From NCBI GenBank assembly GCA_965153285.1, contig OZ229116.1: a stretch of 64,000 nt of DNA. One strand, given 5' to 3'. This DNA is from Podarcis tiliguerta. Lineage: Eukaryota. Positions within the stretch are counted from its first letter, which is position 1. Every line of letters begins with the position of its first letter. Positions 1 to 12,312 of the stretch are shown here, piece by piece. The notes under the pieces are model-generated. The model searched no databases. It was not told where the DNA came from and saw nothing but the letters and a program-made list of their open reading frames with translations. A program made the translations under genes and the position numbers.

Positions 1-1003
1 AATAAATTGACAATGGAGAAAGGTAGCATTTCCTATCATATTAGCAGAGAGAAAGAAATAGTAGCTTCCTCCTCCAGTGTCCCAACCTATCACACCAGAT
101 CAGGAACAAGCTGCAAGGGCTTCTTTATAGAACATCTGTGGTGTATGTATTATCACACTTCCATATGAGGAGCTTCCTTGCTGTCTTCAGCTTCAGGACA
201 GCTCTGCCCACAAGCTAGAGAGGCACACACACTAATTTTCTTCTTTTAGAACCCTACATTTTCTTTGGAAGATACCACTTTCCCCCACAAAGTACTAACA
301 GATGATCCATCAGACCCGAGCTGCAGGAATTGGCTGGAATATTAATGCTACTAACTGAATTAAATGGTTTAAACAATGTCATGCACAGTTCCCAATGACA
401 TATTTTCTGGTAATAAATGATACATGCCAAATATCCCTGAGATGTGTGTGGCAAATCTTTTTTTTTTTTTAACCGCCAAACGATGACGCTGACACGATAG
501 GATGACCACATTCCTCAGGAGTGATGGAATAGTGAGTTTTGACCACAAATCCTGACAATTATGAGACAATTAAAACTTCTTGAAGCCACATCGTTGCTTT
601 GTTTGGTCAAAGTAAAGCCACATTTATTTTTCTTAGTAGTCTGTGCTTTAAGGGTCGAAGTTTCGAAAATAAAGCCAATGAAATACTGCTAAATAAGCCA
701 CCACAACAACGGCTTTGATGCGATACTGGTTACTTGAAAAAATACCTTAATTTAATTAAATCTGGTTGTTTGTTTATAGGTTCAAATAGTTAAGAGGCAC
801 CACAGACACGGGCACAAACAGGAGAGAGATGGCAATGGGCAGATGGACTAGATACAAAGCTGACACCATTCAAGCAAGTGGCCAAACAGTAGCACGATAA
901 GTAAGTGTCTGTGTCTGGTTGCTAGAATTACCAGTACCCCTCTTTACAGTGGAACTCAGAATTCAGAAACCTTCGTGAACAGAAAGTATTCCAAAATGGA
1001 ATA

Positions 1004-1229
1004 CAGTGGTACCTCGGGTTAAGTACTTAATTCGTTCCGGAGGTCCGTACTTCACCTGAAACTGTTCTTAACCTGAAGTACCACTTTAGCTAATGGGGCC
1101 TCCTGCTGCCGCTGCGCTGTCGGAGCCTAATTTCTGTTCTTATCCTGAAGCAAAGTTCTTAACCTGAAGCACTATTTCTAGGTTAGCGGAGTGTGTAACC
1201 TGAAGCGTATGTAACCTGAGGTACCACTG
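1004..1229. mobile_element. Tc1/mariner (Tigger/pogo-like) MITE
   Basis: TIR CAGTGGTACCTC...GAGGTACCACTG with TA on both sides; near-identical copy at 42346-42587. Confidence 0.88.
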
Positions 1230-2966
1230 TAGTTCATGGCTGAAGCATTCAATTCATTCATTAATCTAGATTCTAGATGCCAGTAAAGTCCTGCAAACAG
1301 GGAAAATGACCTACCTGATGACCACACACTAGACCCATCTGAGGAGCACATGCTATTACATATACTAGTGATGCTGCTTTAAAATGCTCCTGTTACATCT
1401 CAGAACAGAGAAGTAAAAGTGTGTATGGTCCCTATTGTTGTCATCACCATTTATTCCTTATAAAAGTATTAAAAATGTACTTGGTGCTATACACTAATAC
1501 AGCTCACAGGCCCTGCCCACATGTTCAAAATCTAAACTACACAAGAAGAGAGGGGATTTTAGAGGCAAGGTGAAAACTTTGCACTTGCTGGGTACATCTA
1601 AAGTAGCTCTTTGAATCCTGGCCAAGGTATCAGTTCAGTTTCTTCAGTATTTTATTCTAGACAGCTTTAGTGCAGATGGCATTTATTCTCACTATGATTT
1701 TACTCTCCTTTTTGCTCAAAACATTTAACAAACTTGTTAATATCTTTAGGCAGAAATTTGGAGAATAAAAATGTGGTGTATTACATCTAAATCTAACAAT
1801 GTATTTCTTTTCTGAAAATGAAATGGATTGCCCAAAGTTTGGCAAGAGGAGAAGGATTGCTGCTGTTAATCTTAAAGCCATCACATGCTGAAGAAGTTAA
1901 AGTAAATCTAGGCCAACAATTTCAAATATGAATATCCATATTTTGGAGCGATAGAGAAACAGTATCCCGGATCAAAATTCTGCTATTTGTCAGTTTTGTC
2001 AGTGAAAAGATTAGTCTTTTCTTTCCTATTTAATGCTTGTTACTGGCAATGGACTAAAGTAGAAAATCATTCTGTTTCAGGTCATTTCCTTTTCATCCTT
2101 TTCTGCAACTGATGCACATACATACCAATATGGTAGTCCTTACTTCTGTACATGATCAGCCACAATAAGCTAGGAAGCTAGCTAGTCCATCTAGCCTAGT
2201 ATTGTCTATGCTGGCTGACTCTCCAGTGTTTTAGGTTGGGGATGGAACCTGGGATCCTTTGTTCTTGCTTATTTAAGTGCCACCTAAAAGGGCCGCCAAA
2301 GTGGCTCAGAAAGGATGCCACACAAATTGCAAAATTCTAATACATTTTGAAAACCAGTAACATCCAAACGCACTCAGGTTTCTGCCAAAAAGGCAAGGGA
2401 TCTCCCCACTCCACTCAGAGAGCAGGAGAAAATCCTTAGGTAGCAGCTCCTTCTAAAGGTCCCAGGCAGCAGGGTGGCTGATAGTTCCTGCACGGTCCTT
2501 CCCTTCTGTGCAAAGGTCCTCTTAGTTGTGGCCACTTCCCCACAAATGTCTGTGCAGTATTCATATCACCCTGATGTTACCAAGTGGACAAGTGGCTGAC
2601 ATGACATTTTCAGGAGTGAAAATGGGGTTGAGATAGCAGCATGGAACAGACCCTTCAAAACAACACTGATATGCAATCATATCTTTTTAAAAATCATTGG
2701 GGAATCCCAGCCAAATGTGCATTGCTCAAGTAGAGCCCCCAGAGAAAAACCAGCAGATTCAGATTCCATTTAATACTTGGATCTGATAAGCCGACTAGAA
2801 GGCTTTTCATGGGCCCAAAGGTTTTTAAAGCAGTACTTACAAAGGCAGTACTCTTAAGGCAGTGCTGCTTAAAAGAAAGATGTCATAGGAACAACAGTGC
2901 TGCTCCACAGCAAGCACTCCATTTTATATGGAGCAATTTAGATGTTTTAAAGGTTAATAATGACAT

Positions 2967-3399
2967 AGTTAAAGCGATGGTTTTCCCAGTAGTGATGTAT
3001 GGGAGCTGGACCATAAAGAAGGCTGATCGCCGAAGAATTGATGCTTTTGAATTCTGGTGCTGGAGGAGACTCTTGAGAGTCCCATGGACTGCAAGAAGAT
3101 CAAACCTATCCATTCTTAAGGAAATCAGCCCTGAGTGCTCACTGGAAGGATAGATCGTGAAGCTGAGGCTCCAGTACTTTGGCCACCTCATGAGAAGAGA
3201 AGACTCCCTGGAAAAGACCCTGATGTTGGGAAAGATGGAGGGCACCAGGAGAAGGGGACGACAGAGGACGCGATGGTTGGAAAGTGTTCTTGAAGCTACC
3301 AGCATGAGTTTGACCAAACTGCGGGAGGCAGTGGAAGACAGGAGTGCCTGGCGTGCTCTGATCCATGGGGTCACGAAGAGTCGGACACGACTAAACAAC
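2967..3399 (+). mobile_element. BovB (RTE clade) LINE, 5'-truncated 3' end
   Basis: VKAMVFPVVMYG..WTIKKADRRRIDAFEFWCWRRLLRVPWTARRSN and LQYFGHLMRREDSLEKTLMLGK; (AAC)n tail; 8-bp TSD AATGACAT (2959-2966, 3400-3407). Confidence 0.92.
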
Positions 3400-3619
3400 A
3401 ATGACATTCATGTACTGGTTTGTGCGAGAAAAGGGGAAAACACTTCAAACTAAAACGTTTAGCTATACAGTTCTGCTTTCTTAATATTTTTTTTAAAAAA
3501 TGTTTCTGAACTTGAGCAGAGGCCAGATTATGTGGTCATGAAGGAAAGCTGTCCATAGTACATCAAGGTAATCTCTGAACAAAAGAATTATTATTCTGCC
3601 AGACATTAAAAGGTCTTAC

Positions 3620-4322
3620 CTGTGCACTTGTAGTCTGAAGCTACACCTTTAAGGACCGCATCAAACACAGATATTTCCACTCTCTGCTTTCTATGATGAC
3701 AGCTTAAGATCAAAGAAGGTTGAGATACGACAAGGTGCAAAAATGGTTCTAACTGCAAGTCACTAGTTCCCCTGCGACCAGGCTGTCGAACGATAGTTAT
3801 GCCCAAGGCTTGCCTAGCGGATGATCTTGTGGAAGCATGAAGACTTTCAAGAGATAGAAGACCTGCTTTTTTCCCAGAAGGCAGTGAACTGTTAGCATTC
3901 AATAGGTCATCTGCTGTTACAGATGAAATGCCCGCTCCGCTGGGCTTCTTGAAATCGTGCTCAACTCTCAAGTTTGCTTCAGGAAGGGTTAATGAAGTTT
4001 TGGCTGCTTTCTCTCCATCTTTCTGATCTTCCTGCGATTTTGATTTAGGTATGGTGGCACATGAGTAAGTCATAAAGGATATTCGGCTTGCTGTAATAAA
4101 AATATCAAAGGGAATGAAGTTCAGGTTCTTCACGATAGAAGATTGCCGAGAAGGACGGGCAATGCGGTGATGGCTGGTACCACTGTGTTGTTCTATTTGG
4201 ACTATTCTGATTTTAACACTGTCACTGCCAATGCCACTGTCTTGGGCTCCACTGTAACGTGAAGATGTTTCAGTCATGCCTCCATCAGACGTATCCATTT
4301 TTTTCTGTTCCTGTTTGGAAAC
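3620..4322 (-). CDS. VPS13B: VPS13B coding exon (exon 34 equivalent), 703 nt, phase 0/1
   Basis: VSKQEQKKMDTSDGGMTETSSRYSGAQDSGIGSDSVKIRIVQIEQ...DAVLKGVASDYKCT; acceptor ttcccag|GTT, donor G|gtaaga. Confidence 0.97.
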
Positions 4323-4692
4323 CTGGGAAGAAAAATAGCATATTAACTTAAAATAGTCATATCCTAAGTATTTCCATTTCACAACATAAAACAATTGCTA
4401 TATAAACATGAGGTCAAGAGAGAGAGGATTCTATAAAAAAAGAAACTTGCCAAGTTAACTTTTAAAATAGGAATCACTCATGAAAACTCAGCAGGTGTCT
4501 GTTCCAGAGAAATGGTGACTCATATTTAATGACATGCTAGTGAAAGATGTGGCAGGAGGAATACATGTTTCCTACGTTCAAACTAATTTGTTTTTCAGAC
4601 CATTTAGGAATTCAAAAGATAGTGTGTCAGCCAATTAAAGATGTTTTAACTGATCAGCTGCCTTTCAAGTAATTAATTATATTTAAATAACA

Positions 4693-4930
4693 GATCTGGG
4701 TGAAGGTATTGAGGGGGTGCTCATCAAATTTGCAGAGGACATCAAACTGGGAGGGGTAGTTATTGCCATAGAAGACAGAATCAGGATTCATGATGATCTT
4801 AACAGATTGGAAAACTGGCCCCAAACTAATAGAATGAATTTCAATAGGGACAAAGGTAAGGGTCTACACTTAGGCAGGAAGAACCAGCTGCACAAATATA
4901 AGATGGGGGGGGGGCACCTGGCTTACCAGT
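4693..4930 (+). mobile_element. CR1 LINE reverse-transcriptase fragment
   Basis: LIKFAEDIKLGG...IHDDLNRLENW...MNFNRDKGKGLHLGRKN (decayed FADD motif). Confidence 0.85.
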
Positions 4931-5346
4931 AGTATATAGTATTTAAAATTGCTGGCTGGATTACTGATCTGCTGCTGTGACACCATGATGACCCAAAAAA
5001 TTCTTCCTTTTTTTTTAAAAAAAAATATTATTAGAACTTCTATAACTCAATTGTTGCTATAGGCCCCTGTTGTGATGCCATCTCCCAACAGGAGATTGCA
5101 TCTCCCAAAGCTTCCAAATTTGTCAATTATTATAAAAATAAATAAAAATAAAACAATATTTGTCACTGACCGCTTCATAGCCTCCCTGCCCCGCAGCCGT
5201 GATTCTGTGGAGCCAAAAGACTCTTCTGAGCCCCACTCCTGAAAACTCATTCTTAACAAAATTAACACTGGCTGTTCTGCTAGCACATTTGCAAGGCCAT
5301 GCAGGGTCCAGTATGGTTTCAAAGTAGATTGGAGGAGGCCACATGT

Positions 5347-5421
5347 TGAGATCCCTGCATTGCAGTTTGGACTAGATGACCCTGAAGGTTCCTTCCAGCT
5401 CCACCATTTTATGATTCTATG
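5347..5421 (+). mobile_element. CR1 LINE 3' end
   Basis: TTGGACTAGATGACCCTGAAGGTTCCTTCCAGCTC...ATTTTATGATTCTATG terminal repeat. Confidence 0.8.
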
Positions 5422-7176
5422 CCCACTTATACATTTCTGCCACACCCAGTTTGGCCCCAGGAGGAGAGAGTGGAGGATGAGTCAGTATGGTCCTCAGCCT
5501 GAAAAAGTTTAGTCACCCCTGGCTGTAGAGAAAATATGACCAGTTCCTTCAGCAAGCCACTTGTTTGCCTTTCACATCTTTAAACCATCTTGGTCGCTAA
5601 CAGGATGTTGTGTGTTGAAGTCATGACGACAAACAAGTCCTGCTGACTTTGTTCCCACTCAATGCATTGCTTTGTACCACAAGAACTGTTGAGTGGTTAA
5701 GCAAAGAATTGGGACTAATGCCACTGTCTTCCCAATAGGCCTGTTGCTAAAGAAAAGGCAATATGGTCCACTTAGAAGATGTTCAGCATAAAGTATATAA
5801 GAAAAAATTCCCACTGAAATGTGTCCACGTAGTGACTTTTTATGAGTCAAAGGAAACAACTATTTCCTTAGACCTATCAATTTACTGAAGCATAGCTTTG
5901 CAAAGAGAAACATTAATACTATAAATTTTTGTTTTCTAGTTACAGATTTTCCAACTTGAATTCAATACCTATTTCTTAAACTTCTGCACTGATTACCGTA
6001 ACCCTGACAAACCCATTATATTTAAATATCCTGGAATGGCTTTTGAAGCAGGCTAGAAAAGTATTTATATTAGACACAGGCTGAACTGAGTAGGAGTGGT
6101 GAGTCCTGTACTGATACTGCACAGTATACAGCAGGTACCATCAATTAATGACAGGGAAGCATGATTCCCCACCCTGCTTTTTAATGCTGAAATCCCTGGT
6201 TCTATCTTGAACAGGCATTTTCTATCAACGCATTGTCGCATGGTTTTTGCTTCTAAAAAAAGTATTGTACAAAACAGAACAGCAGCCTGATTTTTCAAAA
6301 TATTATGCAAAACAGAACATTGATTTGAATATGTGTCTCACTAATAAATTAGAAAGAATTGTACTGAAGCGTTGTATACAATTTTTTTTATCATGCGAAT
6401 CCAGAAGTGCAAGCTGTCGCACAAAAAAGTAGAATATATTAAACCAAACCATAAAATCCACTCCCCCAAAGAAAACCCCCAATAAAGCAATATATAAGAA
6501 AAGCTTGATAAAGTCATCAATCACTAGTCACAACAGGCCAGTACTGTCTCTAGAAAGCAGCCAGACTTGGAATTAAACAGGCTTCTGAGGGGAGGGATTG
6601 CATAGCTAGAAAGTACACCAGCATTATCACCTTTTGATGTTCTGACTTGGCACACAGGCAATGCCTCCAGGAAAGTATATCCAGCAGACCTTAAGGGCTA
6701 TGGCAAGACACACAGATCTGCTAGGGATGATCTCTGGGAGGATATATATCGTTATATGTCACTTAGCCAGTTACTGAGTTGGGATTTGCAGCTATTAACT
6801 TTAAAAGGCAAGCTTGGCAATAAATCTGGGCATCAAATGGAATATCCTTTTATACTGGTGAACAATTCCAAATGCAAGAACTCTAAAAACGTTCCATGCT
6901 TTGTTATGGAAGAAATGGGCCAATATTTTAAAGATGTCAAAAGCACCAATATCGGCTTCCTGATAGCAAATGTAATGGCAACGTTTATCGTTGAGCTGCA
7001 TTTATATCAGTTCACTTACTCTTTACATAACCCATTTAAAACGAACAATAAAAGTTTTCTTTAATTAGCTACTGGTGTGCATTAACATGATCATGATTAA
7101 ACCATAAAAACCAACTGTACATTACTCAGGTCCCCTATCACATGTGTTTTAAATTATTTTAGTTGAAAATGTACTT

Positions 7177-7492
7177 NNNNNNNNNNNNNNNNNNNNNNNN
7201 NNNNNNNNNNNNNNNNNNNNNNNNNNNNNNNNNNNNNNNNNNNNNNNNNNNNNNNNNNNNNNNNNNNNNNNNNNNNNNNNNNNNNNNNNNNNNNNNNNNN
7301 NNNNNNNNNNNNNNNNNNNNNNNNNNNNNNNNNNNNNNNNNNNNNNNNNNNNNNNNNNNNNNNNNNNNNNNNNNNNNNNNNNNNNNNNNNNNNNNNNNNN
7401 NNNNNNNNNNNNNNNNNNNNNNNNNNNNNNNNNNNNNNNNNNNNNNNNNNNNNNNNNNNNNNNNNNNNNNNNNNNNNNNNNNNNNNNNNNNN
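7177..7492. other. Assembly gap (316 N)
   Basis: Run of N. Confidence 1.
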
Positions 7493-10382
7493 AGCACTAT
7501 TGATTCCATATGGCTTATGTTAAATGAAACTGTATTGGTAAAATAACCTTTAAGATATCTGGCATGATAACCGTAATTAAACAGTATTCAAAGGAATAAA
7601 ACAAAGGGGAATTTGGTTTCACAATGGCTAATTAAAATAAAATGAAAAAACACAGCATGTCATCTATCAAGATAAATTGTTATTGTTTTAAAAACTATTT
7701 AAAATACTGTTAAAATATACTTTTTAGATAAAATCTAAAAGTACTGGGAAAATATTTGTGGCTTAAAAATGGATAGTTTGGCGAAGAAAAGTAGTATACA
7801 ACTTGGATTTTTTTTTTATGTTGATAGAATAGCTTTAAAACTTTGAGCATAACCAGATGGGCCTTAAATCAGAGGGATTCTACAGTTTCTCTGTCTGAAT
7901 GAATTGCTACGTGAAAAAGTTTTCAATCGCTGAAAAATGTCAAGTTGATAGTTTACTTATTAGATTGCTTCAGTGCATTTTCTCCATCCTTTCACTTCAC
8001 GGCAGTCTCTATAGAGAAGGTGATGAAAGCTATGCTAGTAGCTAGGGAACTGTGGCAAATTCTTCCTTGTCATGTGTTGAGATAAGTGACTTTACTAGCT
8101 TAACCCCTTGAATTCAAAAGCATTTAGGGAAGATATAGAGATAAGGCTTAACTATAGCTGCTACAGGACGTGTCCACTTCACGGACACACGCTGCTGTTG
8201 CTGGGCATCCTCAAGCATCGTTGTAAATATGCTCAGGTGCTTTTTATTACTAAAGCCATGATATGTCATGAATCTTCCTGTTTAAGCAGCCGTATTGCCT
8301 TAATAGTTGGCAAGGACTGTCAGTCTAATGTATTAATATGGAAACTAAAATCTCCAAGGAAATAAAGGAAATGAAAAGCCAGCCTCAAAATCATTTTATG
8401 CCAGACAGGATTTGGGACAATTACAGTGACCCCATTAAGGTTAGACCTGTCTTACTAACAGAAGCTCCCTGTGTTGCATGTTAAACTCTTCTTTTTTAAA
8501 TGGAGGAGTGTTTCAAAAGCATTTTGTAATTTGGCATGGTACTACGGTAGTTATTCAAGTTTAAAAATCATAGTAGGCTAACACTAGCCCCGTGACATGG
8601 TTCTTTGGATCGTGGACTATTTTCTGTAAAACCTCATGGTTCAAGCTGTTTAAGTGAGAGGCTTGCGATTACAGTTTGTTAACATTGCAGTGGGTCGCTT
8701 CCTTTATAGTATATAGATTAAAAATCAGTTGGCAACTTTGAAATGATGACTGAAACAGACCTGACTTCTTTACAATCACAAATAGGTTTGGTATAAAATT
8801 ATTCGGCTATTCTTTCCTGCTTTAACCGAAGAACTTTCTTAAACACATAGCCTGGAAGAAAATCCAGTTCTCCTGCATATCATTTCTTGCTTTATGAACA
8901 CACACACACAATTGTAATATGCTTATTTGTGGCAGGGAAGTCCCAGACTAGGATTCCTTAGAGGCAACGCCTTCCAACAACTGCAATTTTAAGGAAGAGA
9001 TGGATCCATGCCTTTGCTCATCCCCTGTGGGTTTGTTGGCACTGGAGACCACCTCCACAACACTGAACCCATAGTTGCAAACTGCACAATCTTGAATGAG
9101 CCAAAAGCTGAAGAAGGCAGCATCCGTACTTTAACTAGCCACGATGCAACACTCTGGAGATGGGGCCACTAATGACTACATACTCCTGTTACACAACTCA
9201 ACTATTTACTCCAGTATTTTACTAAGACAACTTATCTGCTTTGCCTCAGCTGCAGGAGTGGTATCCATGGTCTTAGACCCACACCCTGGTCTCCTAGCCA
9301 GGTGCTGATTTTTGCCTTGCTCATCTGCTCTGCCAAGGGAATCAGGAACTATTGACCTTCCCCTTGCTTGAGCCATCATCTCTCCTTGATTGTCAAAAAG
9401 ATTGCTCCAAAAATGAACAACTTAAAATAATGAGTGTGTTTCCTGCTACCGGTAGTTTAATATATCATTTAACCAATTGGAAACATTGAATTAATACAAA
9501 GCTTGTTTTAATGTTTGAAATGCTTGATTAAATTGTGTGAAAATATATATGTAGTGGTGGCAGAAATATATTTCAGGGATTTACTGGCTCTGGTACTATA
9601 TTTCAACAACAGAGAAAACTCCTTAGGTCACATAGTCAAGACAGAATATACTTCTGAAGTGGGTGCGTTGAATGAAGAATGTTATACATCTGCATGAAGC
9701 AATTCCATTTTATTTTAGTTATGATTATGTAACAGGACTATTTAAGTCCTCTTTCCAACTTGCATCATAGTCATTTTCAAACTCTCATCTAAACATCTTT
9801 AGCCAATCATGAGCTCATTTTTCACATCACATAAAATATGGAACAAATTGCAAGCGTGAAACCACAGAGTAAACGTGCCAATCATATCTTCTTCTTCATT
9901 ATGACGTCTGACCCAATTTTGTGCTCCAGCTAAAAGTTAAATGTTTTTTGTGGGCAAGAATATCATGACTAGAGCATGAACATTAATTCTGATTCCTTCT
10001 ATCAGAATTTTAGAAAGGGGGTTCATTTTTTTCTATTCCTATGGAAATGGAAATCCTTTCGAGTCCACTTCAGCTCAAAATATGAAAAAAAAACCCCACC
10101 CATAAATAATTACAGTCCAGTGTGGGGATTATGGAGCCAGTGTTGTGGAGTCATTAAGTGTGTTGGAATAGGACCTATGAGACCCAGGTTTAAATTCTTA
10201 TTCAGCCATTAAGAGCAATTCTCGTCTAACCTAACGCACAGTGGTGGTGGTGTTCCTGGCATTGAGCAGTAGAGACAGATTAGGAATTCTGGTGGTTTAC
10301 TGCCTGCCTCGCTGCCCAGCAGTCTCCCTGCCTGAGCTGACAGAACTGGTGTCGTAGGCCACGGATTCCCAGACTGCTGGTT

Positions 10383-10800
10383 TTGGAAGAGGTGACTGGT
10401 TCTGGGGTGACTGGTTCTGGGGTGGCTCAAGACTTCATGGCTGCCATGACAACCATGGGGTTGTCCCAACATATCACTGGCCCAATGCATGTGGCAGGCC
10501 ACACACTGGACTTTGTTTTCTCAACAGGGCAGGAAGAGGGTGATAAGAAAGTAGGAGATACTGGCATCAGTCCTTTGTCATGGTTAGATCATTTTCTGTT
10601 GGGATTGAGGGTTTCAAAAACTTTCCCCCTCTGCAGAGGTAGGGGACCAATTAGGATGATTTGCCCTCAGAGGTTGATGGGTTTCTTGACAGCTCTGGGG
10701 AATTTTTTTAGCTGCCGTGACTGGCACTCCTGTTGAAGCCCTGGCCAAACTCTTGAACATCCAAATGGCTTGGGCTGCTAACACGATTGCCCAGAGCTTA
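10383..10800 (+). mobile_element. L2/CR1-group LINE ORF2 fragment (endonuclease C-terminal part)
   Basis: AQDFMAAMTTMGLSQHITGPMHVAGHTLDFVFS...PLSWLDHFLL (G.TLD and decayed SDH motifs); boundaries approximate. Confidence 0.75.
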
Positions 10801-12176
10801 GGGCGAGAGAACAAGCTGGGAGACAGCTTGAACATAAGTGGAGGAAAATTGTGGTCACCTCATTTTATCCTCCTACTAATCCTATGAGATAGAATAGGTT
10901 AAGAAGGGGAGGGGGTGATTGGCATTAAGAAATTCACGATAAGAAAGTGAGTTTCATAGCTAAATGGGGATTTGTGCCAAGAGCTCCAAAGTCCTAATCC
11001 AGCACTCTCAACATACTGTGATTTAATGTGAAAGCCAGTTTGGTGTAACACTTTTAAACAAATTTCTTAAGGTGACAGCATTCTATTTAGATAAGGAGAA
11101 GCTTTTAAAAACATATTTGGAATAAATAGCTAAGATGTAGTATTTTGTGCTTTGCAATATAAAACAGGAGAATAGTTAGCTGTTCAAGGTCTAAATAACA
11201 ATTTAAAATTTAAACAGTTAAAACAAAATAACAATCCATTTCGCTACCAAGCTAGGTTTGTGAAGTTTTAGTAAAATTTATTTAAGCTATACATGAGACA
11301 TTAAAAAAGGTTTGACACATTTTATCCAATATTTTGATAGACCTTGAAAGGGACTAGCTAGAACATTCATCTCTTTTAGACCACTAAAATAAGGTAAAAC
11401 AAAGAAAAAAGAAATATAATCCCAATAACAAAGAGGTCTGTTTCAGATAACCAAATAACATAGACCTTAAAATCTGGACTGAACCCAATCTTGCACTTAA
11501 CACTCAGGTTAATCTGCTTGATCCATAAGGGTTAGTTCTCAAACACATTGAAAAATAAATAAAAATAATTCAGATTAACTTTTTTAAAAAAAAAACGAGG
11601 GCAGAAATCTATTTTGGTTCAAGTACATAATTTATCTTTTATGTTTTTGATTGCACAATTTTTTCATGATTTTTCTTAGGGAAAATCAACTTCTTGGGGG
11701 CAATTATCATCTTGGTAATGGGCCAGCATGCTGAATTTTACTAGGATCAACAGAGGATTACATAATCCATTGCAACAAATGTTTATCCTTTGGAATAACA
11801 TACGAAGTTAAGGTTATGTGAGTGGGGCACTTATATTCTGGAAACTGTATGCTAAGGATAGAATCACATTTGATTTTTACAATAAATAAAAGAAAAATAA
11901 AGAGACCATGTTAAACTCCCATTACCTTCTCTGCCAGCAAAAAAATGCTTAGGATGCAGTATGCTAGATATTTAAGATGGCAGGGCAGATGAACAACCTG
12001 GGCCCCAGAAACCTCAAAAACGGCTTCTACTCCTTTGTACTAGAACAATGGTTGAGATCAACTGCAAGTGCCACCTTGACTGTACTACCTGCTACCAAAA
12101 GAGTGCAAAACTCTGTGAGAGGACTCTGAGGAAGCCCAGCATCACATCTCTAGAGTTCTCAGAAATTTGTTTAAAT

Positions 12177-12312
12177 CAAGGGGAACCAATGTGGTGCACT
12201 CCAGATGTCACTGGACTACAACTCCTATCACCATTGACTGTTGGCTATATTTGCTGGGGCTGGTGGAAGTTGCAGTCCAAAAACATCTAGGGGGTGCCAT
12301 GTTGGCTACCTG
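12177..12312. mobile_element. Degenerate hAT-like palindromic MITE
   Basis: Inverted arms GGACTACAACT / AGTTGCAGTCC, similar to 40182-40316. Confidence 0.6.

Noticed and set aside
2809-3453. ORFs of 98-174 aa here and at 38021-38667
   Set aside because: Sense and antisense readings of BovB fragments, not host genes
7159-7546. Long X-containing ORFs here and at 61108-61493
   Set aside because: Artefacts of reading through N gaps
10391-10424. 15-bp tandem duplication GGTGACTGGTTCTGG
   Set aside because: Small local duplication at the edge of a LINE fragment, with no evidence of function
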